Part shown: positions 1-8,529 of the stretch, piece after piece
Layout: the number at the start of each line of letters is the position of its first letter
How positions within the stretch are numbered: the stretch's first letter is position 1
From: a virus
Taxonomy: Duplodnaviria; Heunggongvirae; Uroviricota; Caudoviricetes
Direction: 5' to 3' (one strand)
DNA length: 23,379 nucleotides
Virus record (IMG/VR): IMGVR_UViG_2690316028_000004
Location: 1 to 23,379 of that record
Notes under the pieces: model-generated
What the model saw: only the letters and a program-made list of their open reading frames with translations
Told to the model about the DNA's origin: nothing
Database searches by the model: none
Made by a program: the position numbers and the translations under genes

Positions 1-1063
1 CTTCTCCCAAACCAAGGTATGTGAGAAGACCAGCTACATCCTTTCCACTCAAATTAGTCAGCGTATTGTCCAGCGGTTGTTTACCTGCCAGCGCATTAAG
101 CATTGTCGTGGCAAAGTTCGGGTCATTCCCCAGCGCTGCCGCCAGTTCGTTCAGTGTATCCAGTGCCGCAGGTGCAGAACCCACCATTGCCGCAATCGCC
201 GATTTCACAAATGCCGTGGTGGCAATCTGTGTATTGTTGACCGACTGTGCCGCCGTGGGGGCTGTTGGCGTTCCGGTGAGTGCCGGACTCGACAACGGTG
301 CTTTTAGTGCCAGCGCATTGTTAATGGTGGTACTGAAATTCGGATCATTGTTAATGGCTGCGGCTATTTCTTTCAGCGTGTCCAGCGTGGCTGGCGCACC
401 ATTAATAAGGGCCGTCAGTGCCGCCTGTACAAACGCAGTGGTCGCAACCTGCGTGGTATTATTCCCCGCCGCTGGCGTTGGCGCTTTGGGGGTTCCGGTA
501 AATGTCGGGCTGGCTTTTGGCGCGTACTGTGAATGCGGGTCCGGTGCGGCAAGATGTTTTGCCATCTGATCATCCGCGTACACCTTCAGCTCCAGTGCCT
601 TGTCATCCACATACTTGCGAGTTGCCAGCACTACAGCAGGGTCGATTTTCAGGGTGATATTGTCCGTGCTGCTGGTAATCAGCACCATGCGCACGGTCTG
701 AGTGCGCCCGCTACCTTCAGCCAGTTGCGGCTTATAGCTTTCCGGGCAGTTGCCCACGGCAATCAATGCCCCGGACTCATCAAACAAGCCCACTTCACGT
801 ATCCACCAACCGCCCTCGTTTTCAGGGATCACCTGTTCGGCAATAATCTGGCTGCTGTTCTGCGGGTCGATATAAAGCATATTCAGCGCAGCCCGGCGTT
901 TCTCATTTACCAGTGCCGTCTGCTTTGCGTCCGGCGTTGGCAATACTCCACCGCCATCGCCCACCGCCATATGGGTAATTTTTAGCGGCACACCGAGCGC
1001 GGCGGCGCTGGCAAGTTTCGCCGCGCCAATATCCGTCAGCAGGGTATAAAATTTTGTGCTCAT
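1..1063 (-). CDS. H: Tail fibre protein H, N-terminal part (partial; continues past window start)
   Basis: Minus-strand translation from the ATG at 1063 gives MSTKFYTLLTDIGAAKLASAAALGVPLKITHMAVGDGGG..., the conserved P2 gpH-type N-terminus, and stays open to position 1. The ATGA overlap with the stop of upstream gene I indicates translational coupling. The plus-strand ORFs 21..569 and 533..985 are antisense shadows of this gene. Confidence 0.85.
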   Translation of the reverse strand, partial: MSTKFYTLLTDIGAAKLASAAALGVPLKITHMAVGDGGGVLPTPDAKQTALVNEKRRAALNMLYIDPQNSSQIIAEQVIPENEGGWWIREVGLFDESGALIAVGNCPESYKPQLAEGSGRTQTVRMVLITSSTDNITLKIDPAVVLATRKYVDDKALELKVYADDQMAKHLAAPDPHSQYAPKASPTFTGTPKAPTPAAGNNTTQVATTAFVQAALTALINGAPATLDTLKEIAAAINNDPNFSTTINNALALKAPLSSPALTGTPTAPTAAQSVNNTQIATTAFVKSAIAAMVGSAPAALDTLNELAAALGNDPNFATTMLNALAGKQPLDNTLTNLSGKDVAGLLTYLGLGE

Positions 1064-1665
1064 GGATTCACTCTCATTGTGTCAATAACATGGACCGCCC
1101 CGCCTTCATGCGCGGTGCCACCGGAAATAATCGTTTCGTTGATATACGGATAGATCGTGATTTCTTCGCCAAGATAGCTGGCGGCTCCCACCCAATGCGG
1201 GCCGCTGGTCTGCAGATTGATGGACATGCCGATCATGTGGCGGCTACATGGTTTGGCATCGCTTATCAGTCGCTCAAGTTCCAGATAGGTATCTTCAGTG
1301 ATGCCCTGGTCCTGCACGCCGATATCCAGGCGAAACGTGCCCGGTGTTTCTCCGGTCTGCCACCACTCAATAATGCGGATCAGGAATCCGAACGGCTCCA
1401 CCACCCGCCGCACGGCACTGGTGGTCCCTTTATGCTGATGAATATAAAAAGCATCCTTCACCACCTGGCGCTTGACGCTTTCTGTCCAGCCCTCGTCCCA
1501 GCGATCCACAGAGAACGCCCAGGCGAGATAAGGCAGGAAACTGACCGGACAGGTTGCCGGATTCCACAAGTCACGAAGCGGCACCTGCAGATCAGAAATC
1601 CCGCTGCAGGTTTGCGCCAGTCGGCGCTCCAGTGGTGTTGAACCCGGTGGCAGCAGACTATTCAT
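1060..1665 (-). CDS. I: Baseplate/tail protein I
   Basis: 201-aa ORF placed between J and H as in P2, with ATGA coupling to H. Confidence 0.85.
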   Translation of the reverse strand: MNSLLPPGSTPLERRLAQTCSGISDLQVPLRDLWNPATCPVSFLPYLAWAFSVDRWDEGWTESVKRQVVKDAFYIHQHKGTTSAVRRVVEPFGFLIRIIEWWQTGETPGTFRLDIGVQDQGITEDTYLELERLISDAKPCSRHMIGMSINLQTSGPHWVGAASYLGEEITIYPYINETIISGGTAHEGGAVHVIDTMRVNP

Positions 1666-2566
1666 CCGTTCCTCCGTTGGTTACGCTCCACTGCGTACAT
1701 GATGCCGCCTGTGTTTTGTTCAGGACCACATCCGCCAGAGGAGAAGCCAGCTCCACACGCTGCACCCCCTCAACATGCAGGGCGGCAAAGATGGCGCTAC
1801 GGCGAATATCCCGACCAAGACGCGTCTGACTGGCGATGTACTTCTGCAGGCTGGCTTTTGCCGCTGCCATTACCGGCTCTGCTTCCGGTCCAGGATAGAG
1901 AAAAATGGTGGCTTCCACGCGATACGGGATGATTTCTGCGCTGCGAACCGTCAGACGGTCAGCCACCGGGCGGACGTTCTCACTGTTCAGAGCTTTTTCC
2001 ACCACGTCCAGCAGGTCTTTTTCTGCAGTTCCATCGCCTTCGCGGCTAAGGACAGTCAGCACCACCTCTGCAGGTGCCGGGCTGGTTGCACTGGCATCCG
2101 CCACCCGACCGTCGGCGCTTCGGGCATGAAATTCATAAGCTGCAGTTGGCCCCGCAACAGAAAGCCCTTCAAAGGCTGCAGGCACACGCAGGCGCAACGC
2201 TTCATCGCTTTCCATCACAGCTGCAACCGGCGGCACAGCATCATTATCAGCAGGCGTCACCGTCAGGCGTGTCACGTTGTAGTTGGCAGCGAGCTGGTCA
2301 AGATCGCCGCCCATCGCGTAAGCCACCATCACCGCCTGCGCGGCTTCGTTAATGCGCTGGCGCAGAAGCAACTCACGGTAAGCGTTCTCCTGCAACAATT
2401 TAGTGGCGGGTTCAGATTCCAGTTCCAGCGTGCGGATCACTGCTTCCTGCTCATCTTTCGGATGAAGCGCCACAAATTCTGCCTTGCGTTCGGCAAGCAG
2501 CGTCTCAAAGTCCGGCACATCCACAATCTGCGGTGCAGGCAACTGTGAAAGGTCAATCACTGCCAT
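1658..2566 (-). CDS. J: Baseplate assembly protein J
   Basis: The ORF track extends to a GTG at 2605, but the internal ATG at 2566 (MAVIDLSQLPAP...) gives 302 aa, matching my recollection of P2 gpJ length. The start overlaps the W stop by a few nucleotides. Confidence 0.85.
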   Translation of the reverse strand: MAVIDLSQLPAPQIVDVPDFETLLAERKAEFVALHPKDEQEAVIRTLELESEPATKLLQENAYRELLLRQRINEAAQAVMVAYAMGGDLDQLAANYNVTRLTVTPADNDAVPPVAAVMESDEALRLRVPAAFEGLSVAGPTAAYEFHARSADGRVADASATSPAPAEVVLTVLSREGDGTAEKDLLDVVEKALNSENVRPVADRLTVRSAEIIPYRVEATIFLYPGPEAEPVMAAAKASLQKYIASQTRLGRDIRRSAIFAALHVEGVQRVELASPLADVVLNKTQAASCTQWSVTNGGTDE

Positions 2567-2912
2567 TCTCTGCTCCTGTTGATACGGAAAGGGACACAGG
2601 CACACCGTTATTCCGCCGCCCGGTCAGCTCCACCACCATTGAACCGTCAAAATTGCTGTTGATGGTGATGGAATCCAGCGTCAACCGTGGCTCCCAGCGA
2701 CTCAGCGCCACATACACTGCCGACATGATCTGCAGGCGTAATGCCGGATTTTGTGGCTGATCTATCAGTGCCGACAGCAGGGAACCATATTCCCGGCGGG
2801 CAATACGGCTACCCTGCGGTGTCAGCAGAATGTCCCGCACCGACTGGCGCAGATGATCAATATCAGTAATGACTTTGCCGCTGGTATTGTTCATCCCGCT
2901 ATAAAGCGTCAT
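2553..2912 (-). CDS. W: Baseplate wedge protein W (GPW/gp25 family)
   Basis: 119-aa ORF immediately upstream of J and downstream of V, the P2 position of W. Confidence 0.85.
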   Translation of the reverse strand: MTLYSGMNNTSGKVITDIDHLRQSVRDILLTPQGSRIARREYGSLLSALIDQPQNPALRLQIMSAVYVALSRWEPRLTLDSITINSNFDGSMVVELTGRRNNGVPVSLSVSTGAENGSD

Positions 2913-3487
2913 ACCGGGCCTCCGGTTGTATCGCCGCCTTTCAGGACGCCAGTATGCTGATGCGCATCAACCACGATCCCGTTAGAACTCATCGCTCCGC
3001 CGCCCTGGATAACGCCACCATTGATCACCACTTCGCTGTTAATACGCGTGCGGTCAGCCTCCAGTACAAACTCACTGGTTTTCATGGTGATGTTGTCAGC
3101 AGCCTCAATGACCATTGATTTGATGCCCCTGACATACCAGCGCCCGGTGGCGGGTTCGTATTCAAACCAGCCACCGTCAGGATGTTCTGTCACGCAGGCG
3201 TCCGCCGACGTCGACGGTGGTGCGAACTGATTCGAATAGACAGCGGGCAGCGCAAAGGCGGTTTCCAGATTGCCGCCCAGACTCAGCAGCACCACCTGCT
3301 CACCTTCCGATGGTCGCCACCATGTACGGGCATTCCCGGCACGCAGCGTCAGCCAGCTGATCCAGTTGGTTTCAAGCTCGCCCGTTTTCACCCGGCAAAG
3401 CCAGTTTTCCCGGTCCACTTCGGTGACTACCCCTGTGCGGATCAGGTTGGTGATAAGGCGCATGATTTCGGTTAATTGTGCGTTCAT
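2909..3487 (-). CDS. V: Baseplate spike/assembly protein V
   Basis: 192-aa ORF with the gpV-like pattern (RTGVVTEVD..., WLTLRAGNARTWW, C-terminal glycine-rich HTG...GG tail), overlapping the W start. Confidence 0.85.
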   Translation of the reverse strand: MNAQLTEIMRLITNLIRTGVVTEVDRENWLCRVKTGELETNWISWLTLRAGNARTWWRPSEGEQVVLLSLGGNLETAFALPAVYSNQFAPPSTSADACVTEHPDGGWFEYEPATGRWYVRGIKSMVIEAADNITMKTSEFVLEADRTRINSEVVINGGVIQGGGAMSSNGIVVDAHQHTGVLKGGDTTGGPV

Positions 3488-3533
3488 AGGGAAAGGTTGC
3501 CATCAGAGGAAGAAAGGCGGCAGTGCTGCAACT

Positions 3534-3551
3534 TGTATCAGTGCTGATACA
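3534..3551. promoter_or_regulatory. Candidate Ogr/Delta-type late-promoter activator site (TGT-N12-ACA dyad) upstream of V
   Basis: TTGTATCAGTGCTGATACAA is a near-perfect inverted repeat with TGT-N12-ACA, lying in the S-V intergenic gap where P2 carries late promoter P_V. Confidence 0.5.
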
Positions 3552-3555
3552 AAGA

Positions 3556-4002
3556 TCACCCCGCCAGCCATTGCAGAATCATGTCGCGGGTCATTGCCTC
3601 AACATCATCATTTACACCCAGAAGGCGACGCTCTGCGTAACGCACCTCCGGTCCCTTACGACTGACGCGATCTCGCAGGCCGTAATGGTGAACGCGGGCA
3701 ATGCGCTGCACCTTGCCTTCAAACTGCACGCTGGCAGAGTCGGTGCTGGCGGCAGTTTTCAGGTATTTTGTGGTGCGCAGCTTTGCAAACATCTGACGTT
3801 TGATACGGCCTTTTTTACTGCGTGCTGTTACCCGTCGCGGTTCATAGCTGCTGCCGTCAGGGTTGCGCTGCATCCTGATATTCTGCTGCTGTGTCCGGCG
3901 AAGTTCCTGCGCCAGCTGGCGCATCATGCGGCTTCTCGAGGCTGGTTCCAGATTCGCCAGCAAGGCACTCAGCCAGTCGTCCACCTTCTGCAGTTCAGCC
4001 AC
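3556..4002 (-). CDS. S: Tail completion protein S
   Basis: 148-aa ORF in the P2 S position, overlapping the R stop. Confidence 0.8.
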   Translation of the reverse strand: MAELQKVDDWLSALLANLEPASRSRMMRQLAQELRRTQQQNIRMQRNPDGSSYEPRRVTARSKKGRIKRQMFAKLRTTKYLKTAASTDSASVQFEGKVQRIARVHHYGLRDRVSRKGPEVRYAERRLLGVNDDVEAMTRDMILQWLAG

Positions 4003-4447
4003 GTTTCACCGTCCACATTTCTTCAGGTGCATCAGGTTCCGCTATAGCTTCAACGCTCGACACACTGCCGTCAGTGCTGACCAGCACACGTTCCGTCAGT
4101 TGCAGGTTCAGGCTGATATCACAGACATCGTTGCGCAGAATATCCACCTCAAAGGTGAATAGCTTTTCCCGTAACGCCGGGTTATTGATGGCATCGGGCT
4201 GGTTATCCCTCAGCCACAGCAAAACCGGGGCCATCAGCAGATTCTGGTCGCCGCTGAAATCTTCAATCACCGCGTTCAGGGTGTAACGGTACTCCCACGA
4301 CATGGAGCTGGCCCCCGTGGCAACCAGCGAACCGTTATCCACAAACAGATGCAGTTTGTCCGGGTTATTGCGGACATAAGGCACCGCTTTATTGAGGGCG
4401 TGGCGCAGGGATTGTGGTTTGTTCACTGTTTCGCTCCTGACACGCAA
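3995..4447 (-). CDS. R: Tail completion protein R
   Basis: 150-aa ORF in the P2 R position downstream of the lysis genes. Confidence 0.8.
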   Translation of the reverse strand: MRVRSETVNKPQSLRHALNKAVPYVRNNPDKLHLFVDNGSLVATGASSMSWEYRYTLNAVIEDFSGDQNLLMAPVLLWLRDNQPDAINNPALREKLFTFEVDILRNDVCDISLNLQLTERVLVSTDGSVSSVEAIAEPDAPEEMWTVKRG

Positions 4448-4679
4448 TAATCATGTCCACTTTGTCTGCACAGACCGCCCAGGCGGCCTCCGTTTCATCC
4501 AGCAACGCGTTCAGATCACCGTTAGTGCGCGGCGCTGCCTGATCCAGCCGACACGGCGTCACTCGCGGACAACCACTGACGGTAAGCTGCACCTCCGGTG
4601 AGCGTCGGACGTTCCCGCAGCCGGATAATGTCAGCAGGCAAAGGAGTATCAGCCCAGCGGCGTAAATCCTCGTTCTCAC
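4389..4679 (-). CDS. lysC: LysC-like outer-membrane spanin lipoprotein (Rz1 equivalent), nested out of frame in lysB
   Basis: 96-aa ORF starting MRTRIYAAGLILLCLLTLSGCG, a lipoprotein signal with a lipobox cysteine. It is embedded in and extends beyond the lysB reading frame. Confidence 0.65.
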   Translation of the reverse strand: MRTRIYAAGLILLCLLTLSGCGNVRRSPEVQLTVSGCPRVTPCRLDQAAPRTNGDLNALLDETEAAWAVCADKVDMIIACQERNSEQTTIPAPRPQ

Positions 4680-4950
4680 GTTTCAGTTCCTCAATCCGAT
4701 GTTGTCGTTGTCTCAGCAGCGCGCTGGTCTGTTCTGCTTCGGCATAGAGCCGCGCCTGCTCCCGGTTATTGGTTTCAGTCAGAATGGACAGGCTGATAAG
4801 CTGGCTGTTGCTCTTTGCCAGTGCCTGGCTTTTGCTCCGCAGCTCGTCTGCCTGCGTGCTGATGGTCTGGCTGGCATCAGCCAGCCGCCACGTCTGCCAG
4901 CCCAGCGACGCCAGTAATAACGCCAGCACAACCAGCAGCAACCGGTTCAT
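4522..4950 (-). CDS. lysB: LysB-like inner-membrane spanin (Rz equivalent)
   Basis: 142-aa ORF with an N-terminal TM segment (LLLVVLALLLASLGW) followed by a coiled-coil-like, charged region; in the P2 lysB position. Confidence 0.75.
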   Translation of the reverse strand: MNRLLLVVLALLLASLGWQTWRLADASQTISTQADELRSKSQALAKSNSQLISLSILTETNNREQARLYAEAEQTSALLRQRQHRIEELKRENEDLRRWADTPLPADIIRLRERPTLTGGAAYRQWLSASDAVSAGSGSAAH

Positions 4951-5324
4951 GCTGCTACCTGTTGCGCCATCTGGTTACGAGTGATCCAGAAGGCAATAAC
5001 GGTCAGCAGATAAAAGACCAGGGTAATGGCCCACCCCGTCCAGGCGAGACTTACGACAATCAGCAATCGCATAACCCAGCTGATAAATACGTTTTCTTTT
5101 CGGGTAATGCTCTTCAGCAAAGATGCCCTCAACTCCTGCCAGAGCGGGCCGTTCTTAATTAACGCAACCAGTGCTACCGGAATTGCCCCCCATGTCAGCA
5201 GGCAGGCTACCCAGACACCGGACGCTGCCAGTACCGGAAAAATCCCCTGCGGATACACCATTGCTGCGATTAACAGCGCCATCCATAACATCAGAAACAG
5301 TCCGCTGATTAATTTCTTTTTCAT
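4947..5324 (-). CDS. lysA: LysA-like lysis-timing membrane protein
   Basis: 125-aa protein with several hydrophobic helices, between K and lysB as in P2. Confidence 0.7.
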   Translation of the reverse strand: MKKKLISGLFLMLWMALLIAAMVYPQGIFPVLAASGVWVACLLTWGAIPVALVALIKNGPLWQELRASLLKSITRKENVFISWVMRLLIVVSLAWTGWAITLVFYLLTVIAFWITRNQMAQQVAA

Positions 5325-5325
5325 T

Positions 5326-5838
5326 TCAGTTTGCTCCCTGTAAACACCAGGCTATCTCCCGCGCACGGCGGTTATCCAGCCCCTGATTAAACACACCTTT
5401 TACATAAACCCAGCGCGGCAACTGTCGGCACGCATCCGCCCAGCGCCGCTGATTGAGCAATTTCACCAGCGTGGAGCTGCAGGCATTGCCCGTCCCCACG
5501 TTGAAGGCAAACGACACCGTAGCGTCATACACCTTCTGTGGTGGCTGTTGCTTCACACACCTTTCCAGTGCCCGCTCCACACGCAGCACGTTGGAGATCA
5601 GCCCTTCTGCTGCCTGTCGTTCCGTGATTGTTTTGCCGGGAATGACGCCCGATGTATTACCAATGCCGTCGGTCCAGACACCCGCGCTGCACTGATACGG
5701 CTGCAGACGACAGCCTTCGTAATCGGCAATCAGTTTCAGCCCCTCCACGGAGGTATGAAGCTGCTGAAAACCCGGCAGCGTGGCAGCAATAGCCAGCACA
5801 GCCCCGACAAGGCAGCGTTTAACGATTGATGGATTCAT
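5326..5838 (-). CDS. K: Endolysin K (phage lysozyme, GH24-like), possibly signal-anchor-release type
   Basis: 170-aa ORF with the phage lysozyme catalytic region (YEGCRLQPYQCSAGVWTDGIGNT) and an N-terminal hydrophobic stretch (CLVGAVLAIAATLPGF). Confidence 0.85.
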   Translation of the reverse strand: MNPSIVKRCLVGAVLAIAATLPGFQQLHTSVEGLKLIADYEGCRLQPYQCSAGVWTDGIGNTSGVIPGKTITERQAAEGLISNVLRVERALERCVKQQPPQKVYDATVSFAFNVGTGNACSSTLVKLLNQRRWADACRQLPRWVYVKGVFNQGLDNRRAREIAWCLQGAN

Positions 5839-6034
5839 AGTCCTCCCGCGAGATCTGCCCGTCGCGCAGAAGCTGGTAGGCTTTGTGTTTGTAGTACCAG
5901 TTGATAGCCAGCATCAGCACACCGATCATCAGGCCGCCCAGCGTTGAGGCATCCTTGATGGACAAATCGCCCAGCCAGGCCAGCACGACGGCGATGCAAT
6001 ACGTGATAAAGGCGCTGATTCGCTCAAGCGTCAT
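5819..6034 (-). CDS. Y: Holin Y
   Basis: 71-aa small membrane protein with two hydrophobic segments and a charged C-terminus, just upstream of the endolysin. Confidence 0.75.
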   Translation of the reverse strand: MTLERISAFITYCIAVVLAWLGDLSIKDASTLGGLMIGVLMLAINWYYKHKAYQLLRDGQISREDYESINR

Positions 6035-6037
6035 AAT

Positions 6038-6241
6038 TCAGTCCCATAGCTGGACGGTCTGCACGGTGGTGGTTGTCGGAATGTCCGGCAGCTCCACCTG
6101 CAGCCCGTGAGGTAAAAAGGGGCCGTATTCGGCAAGCCCCGGATTTGCCTTCAGTACCTGCTCCGTGACACCCTGCGTGCGCCCGTAATGACGCCAGCAA
6201 AGCGCGTCCACCGTGTCATACTGATGCGCACGCACTTTCAT
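6038..6241 (-). CDS. X: Tail protein X
   Basis: 67-aa ORF, the same length and position as P2 gpX, between L and the holin. Confidence 0.75.
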   Translation of the reverse strand: MKVRAHQYDTVDALCWRHYGRTQGVTEQVLKANPGLAEYGPFLPHGLQVELPDIPTTTTVQTVQLWD

Positions 6242-6768
6242 CAGATAAGCTCCACTGTGCAGTGCGGCGCATCCTGCACCCGACTGATGGCCCAGCGGGC
6301 GTCACGCCACAAATCACCGCTGGATTCCGCCAGTTCCTCGCCCCGCTTCACACCGGATGCCGTGGCGTCATAGTCCTGGTAACGTTCGTTGAGCATGGCG
6401 CGTGCCCAGCAGTAAACCGCGTTGAAATAGTGCTGAATGCGCTCGCTTTTGCCGTCCAGTTGTTCCGCCGGGACTTCTGCCAGCGAGGCATACCCCAGCA
6501 TCTGCTGGCGTCTGCGAAACTCATACAGCTCTGCGTTGACCTCCGAAATTGCCGACAGCGCAACCTGCTTTAAACGCGGCTGCGTCACCGTGCCGTCAGT
6601 GCGCATCACGCTGCGAAACTCCGACAGGTCCACATCAGGCCAGAACGGCGTGTTTCTGATGATTTCCGCCTGTTCCGGTGCCTGTTCTGGCGCAACAAAC
6701 TTCATGCTGCTTTCTCCTGAAATAGAGGGCGGTGGACGGGATTTTGATGTGGCTGTGCCTTTCGCCAC
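6241..6768 (-). CDS. L: Head completion/stabilisation protein L
   Basis: 175-aa ORF downstream of M; the true start may be the internal MKFVAPEQ. Confidence 0.8.
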   Translation of the reverse strand: MAKGTATSKSRPPPSISGESSMKFVAPEQAPEQAEIIRNTPFWPDVDLSEFRSVMRTDGTVTQPRLKQVALSAISEVNAELYEFRRRQQMLGYASLAEVPAEQLDGKSERIQHYFNAVYCWARAMLNERYQDYDATASGVKRGEELAESSGDLWRDARWAISRVQDAPHCTVELI

Positions 6769-6800
6769 CCCGTGCCGCCCGTGCGCGGGGGCACGTTCTG

Positions 6801-7451
6801 TCAGCGGCTGTCATTGCGCAGTCTGCGCTCCAGCTGCTGTTTGTCTTTTTTCACGCCACAGCGGGGATCGAGCTGTAACGCATGGTTGAGATGGTTAAGG
6901 GCAGAAGCCGGATTGCTTTCACTCAGGACAGCGCCAATCGCTTTATGCAGACGCGCCCGTGACTGGTCCGGCATATCCAGACCGTCTGTCAGCTCCAGCG
7001 TCTGCAACAACAGATCGGCATCAAAGCCGGTGGCGGCAAGCATTGCGCTCTGCGCCGCGTCTGCCATTTCCTCTGCCAGCACGGTCTGCACATTGCGGTT
7101 ACCCAGCGGCATCACCCAGCCATGACGCAGGGCATGACGCCCGATCTCCAGCGCCCCGGCATAATCTCCGGCATCAATGCGCCACAGCATCACGTACATC
7201 AGCACGTCATCCTGCTGTGCGCCTCCGGCAGTCAGGACACCCTCTGCCCAGGCGGCGTACTTCGGCAGCAGCTCCACCTTGATTTCCGCTTTTTTGACCG
7301 TGGACTGAACGCCCTTGAGACGGCGGCGGTCTTCCGCCAGTTGCAGCAGCATCAGGTCATAGCCCGACGCGTGGCGAACACTGCCGCCCTCGCGGGCGGC
7401 CTGTTCAGCCTGAACGCGCAGGCGATGCTGCCGTGCGGGACTCAGGCTCAT
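6801..7451 (-). CDS. M: Terminase small (endonuclease) subunit M
   Basis: 216-aa ORF in the P2 M position downstream of the capsid gene. Confidence 0.8.
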   Translation of the reverse strand: MSLSPARQHRLRVQAEQAAREGGSVRHASGYDLMLLQLAEDRRRLKGVQSTVKKAEIKVELLPKYAAWAEGVLTAGGAQQDDVLMYVMLWRIDAGDYAGALEIGRHALRHGWVMPLGNRNVQTVLAEEMADAAQSAMLAATGFDADLLLQTLELTDGLDMPDQSRARLHKAIGAVLSESNPASALNHLNHALQLDPRCGVKKDKQQLERRLRNDSR

Positions 7452-7454
7452 GGT

Positions 7455-8513
7455 TTATGCTCCGGCTTCTGCGGCGGCGGCGCTGAAGTCGCCAATCTGG
7501 ATGTTTTCCACCAGTGCTGCGCAGCGGTAGTCCTCAACCACATAGGCTTCGTTAACGGATTCAAAGTTTTCAATCCGGTCACGTTTCGGGTTGTCGATAA
7601 CCGAACGGCGGCGGGTGTCCTCCTGCCAGTAAATGGACAGGTTATCCAGACGGGTGATCAGCAGCGCATTCGGCGGGAAGAACGGCGCACGCACGGCCTG
7701 CAGACCACCCATGCGTTTCTGACTGATGATCATATCGGCAGCCAGTTTTTCACTGTTTTCCTGCTCTTTGTTGACCAGCGGGAAATACTTGTCAGACAGC
7801 AGCTCACGACCGCAAATCACCACCAGATCGTCATCGTCCTGGTAGACCACGTCGATAAGCTCATTGACCGCATCCATCACCACGGCGTCCAGGTTGGCAT
7901 ATTCGCCACCTTTCCCGACTTTCACCGCACCCGGTATGGTTTCACCGCCCGTGGTGGTGCTGCCCATGACGTGATCCGGTGCATCCTCACGGATTTTCTG
8001 CAGCCAGCCTTTGTTCACATCCTGCAGCAGCGGGTTTTCGCTACGGTTAGAGGTTTTCGCACGCTTCACTCCGTTAAAGCCAATCATGATGCGGTCCAGT
8101 GCCTGACGTTTCACGATGGCGTTACGGATACGCACCTGGAAATCCTGAAACTTCGCCCACAGGTCCAGCTTCGCGTAGGTCAGCACCGTGTCAAAGTTGG
8201 TCTGTTCGCATTTGTATTCCACATCGACCATCAGCGTCGGATCGACAGGTTCACGCTCTTTCGCGGTGGTGTCAGTGGTTCCGGCAATGGTGCTGCCAAC
8301 ACCCAGCCCCAGCAGCTGACCGGACTGCTCAGTCACTGGCGTGACGTTAATCAGCGTCAGGAAAGCGGCGGACTGCTGGATCTGGTCTTCCAGCGTCTGC
8401 TGCACAGACGGCTCTACAGTGAACTTGCTGGACAGTTCTTCAACTGCCACACCGTTCAGACGTGCCAGTTGCTGCAGGTAAGCGTTAAAAGCAAAGCGGG
8501 TATTCTTCTTCAT
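7455..8513 (-). CDS. N: Major capsid protein N
   Basis: 352-aa ORF, close to P2 gpN length, between scaffold O and M. The 503-aa plus-strand ORF 7122..8633 is its antisense shadow. Confidence 0.9.
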   Translation of the reverse strand: MKKNTRFAFNAYLQQLARLNGVAVEELSSKFTVEPSVQQTLEDQIQQSAAFLTLINVTPVTEQSGQLLGLGVGSTIAGTTDTTAKEREPVDPTLMVDVEYKCEQTNFDTVLTYAKLDLWAKFQDFQVRIRNAIVKRQALDRIMIGFNGVKRAKTSNRSENPLLQDVNKGWLQKIREDAPDHVMGSTTTGGETIPGAVKVGKGGEYANLDAVVMDAVNELIDVVYQDDDDLVVICGRELLSDKYFPLVNKEQENSEKLAADMIISQKRMGGLQAVRAPFFPPNALLITRLDNLSIYWQEDTRRRSVIDNPKRDRIENFESVNEAYVVEDYRCAALVENIQIGDFSAAAAEAGA

Positions 8514-8529
8514 CAGGTTTTGTGCTCCA

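Noticed and set aside
21-985. Plus-strand ORFs 21..569 and 533..985
   Set aside because: Antisense to tail fibre gene H, whose minus-strand translation matches the conserved gpH N-terminus; the plus-strand products are low-complexity Ala/Ser/Cys-rich artefacts.
1775-2548. 257-aa plus-strand ORF and neighbouring plus ORFs in 1054..2352
   Set aside because: Antisense to baseplate genes I and J; Arg/Cys/His-rich composition typical of shadow frames.
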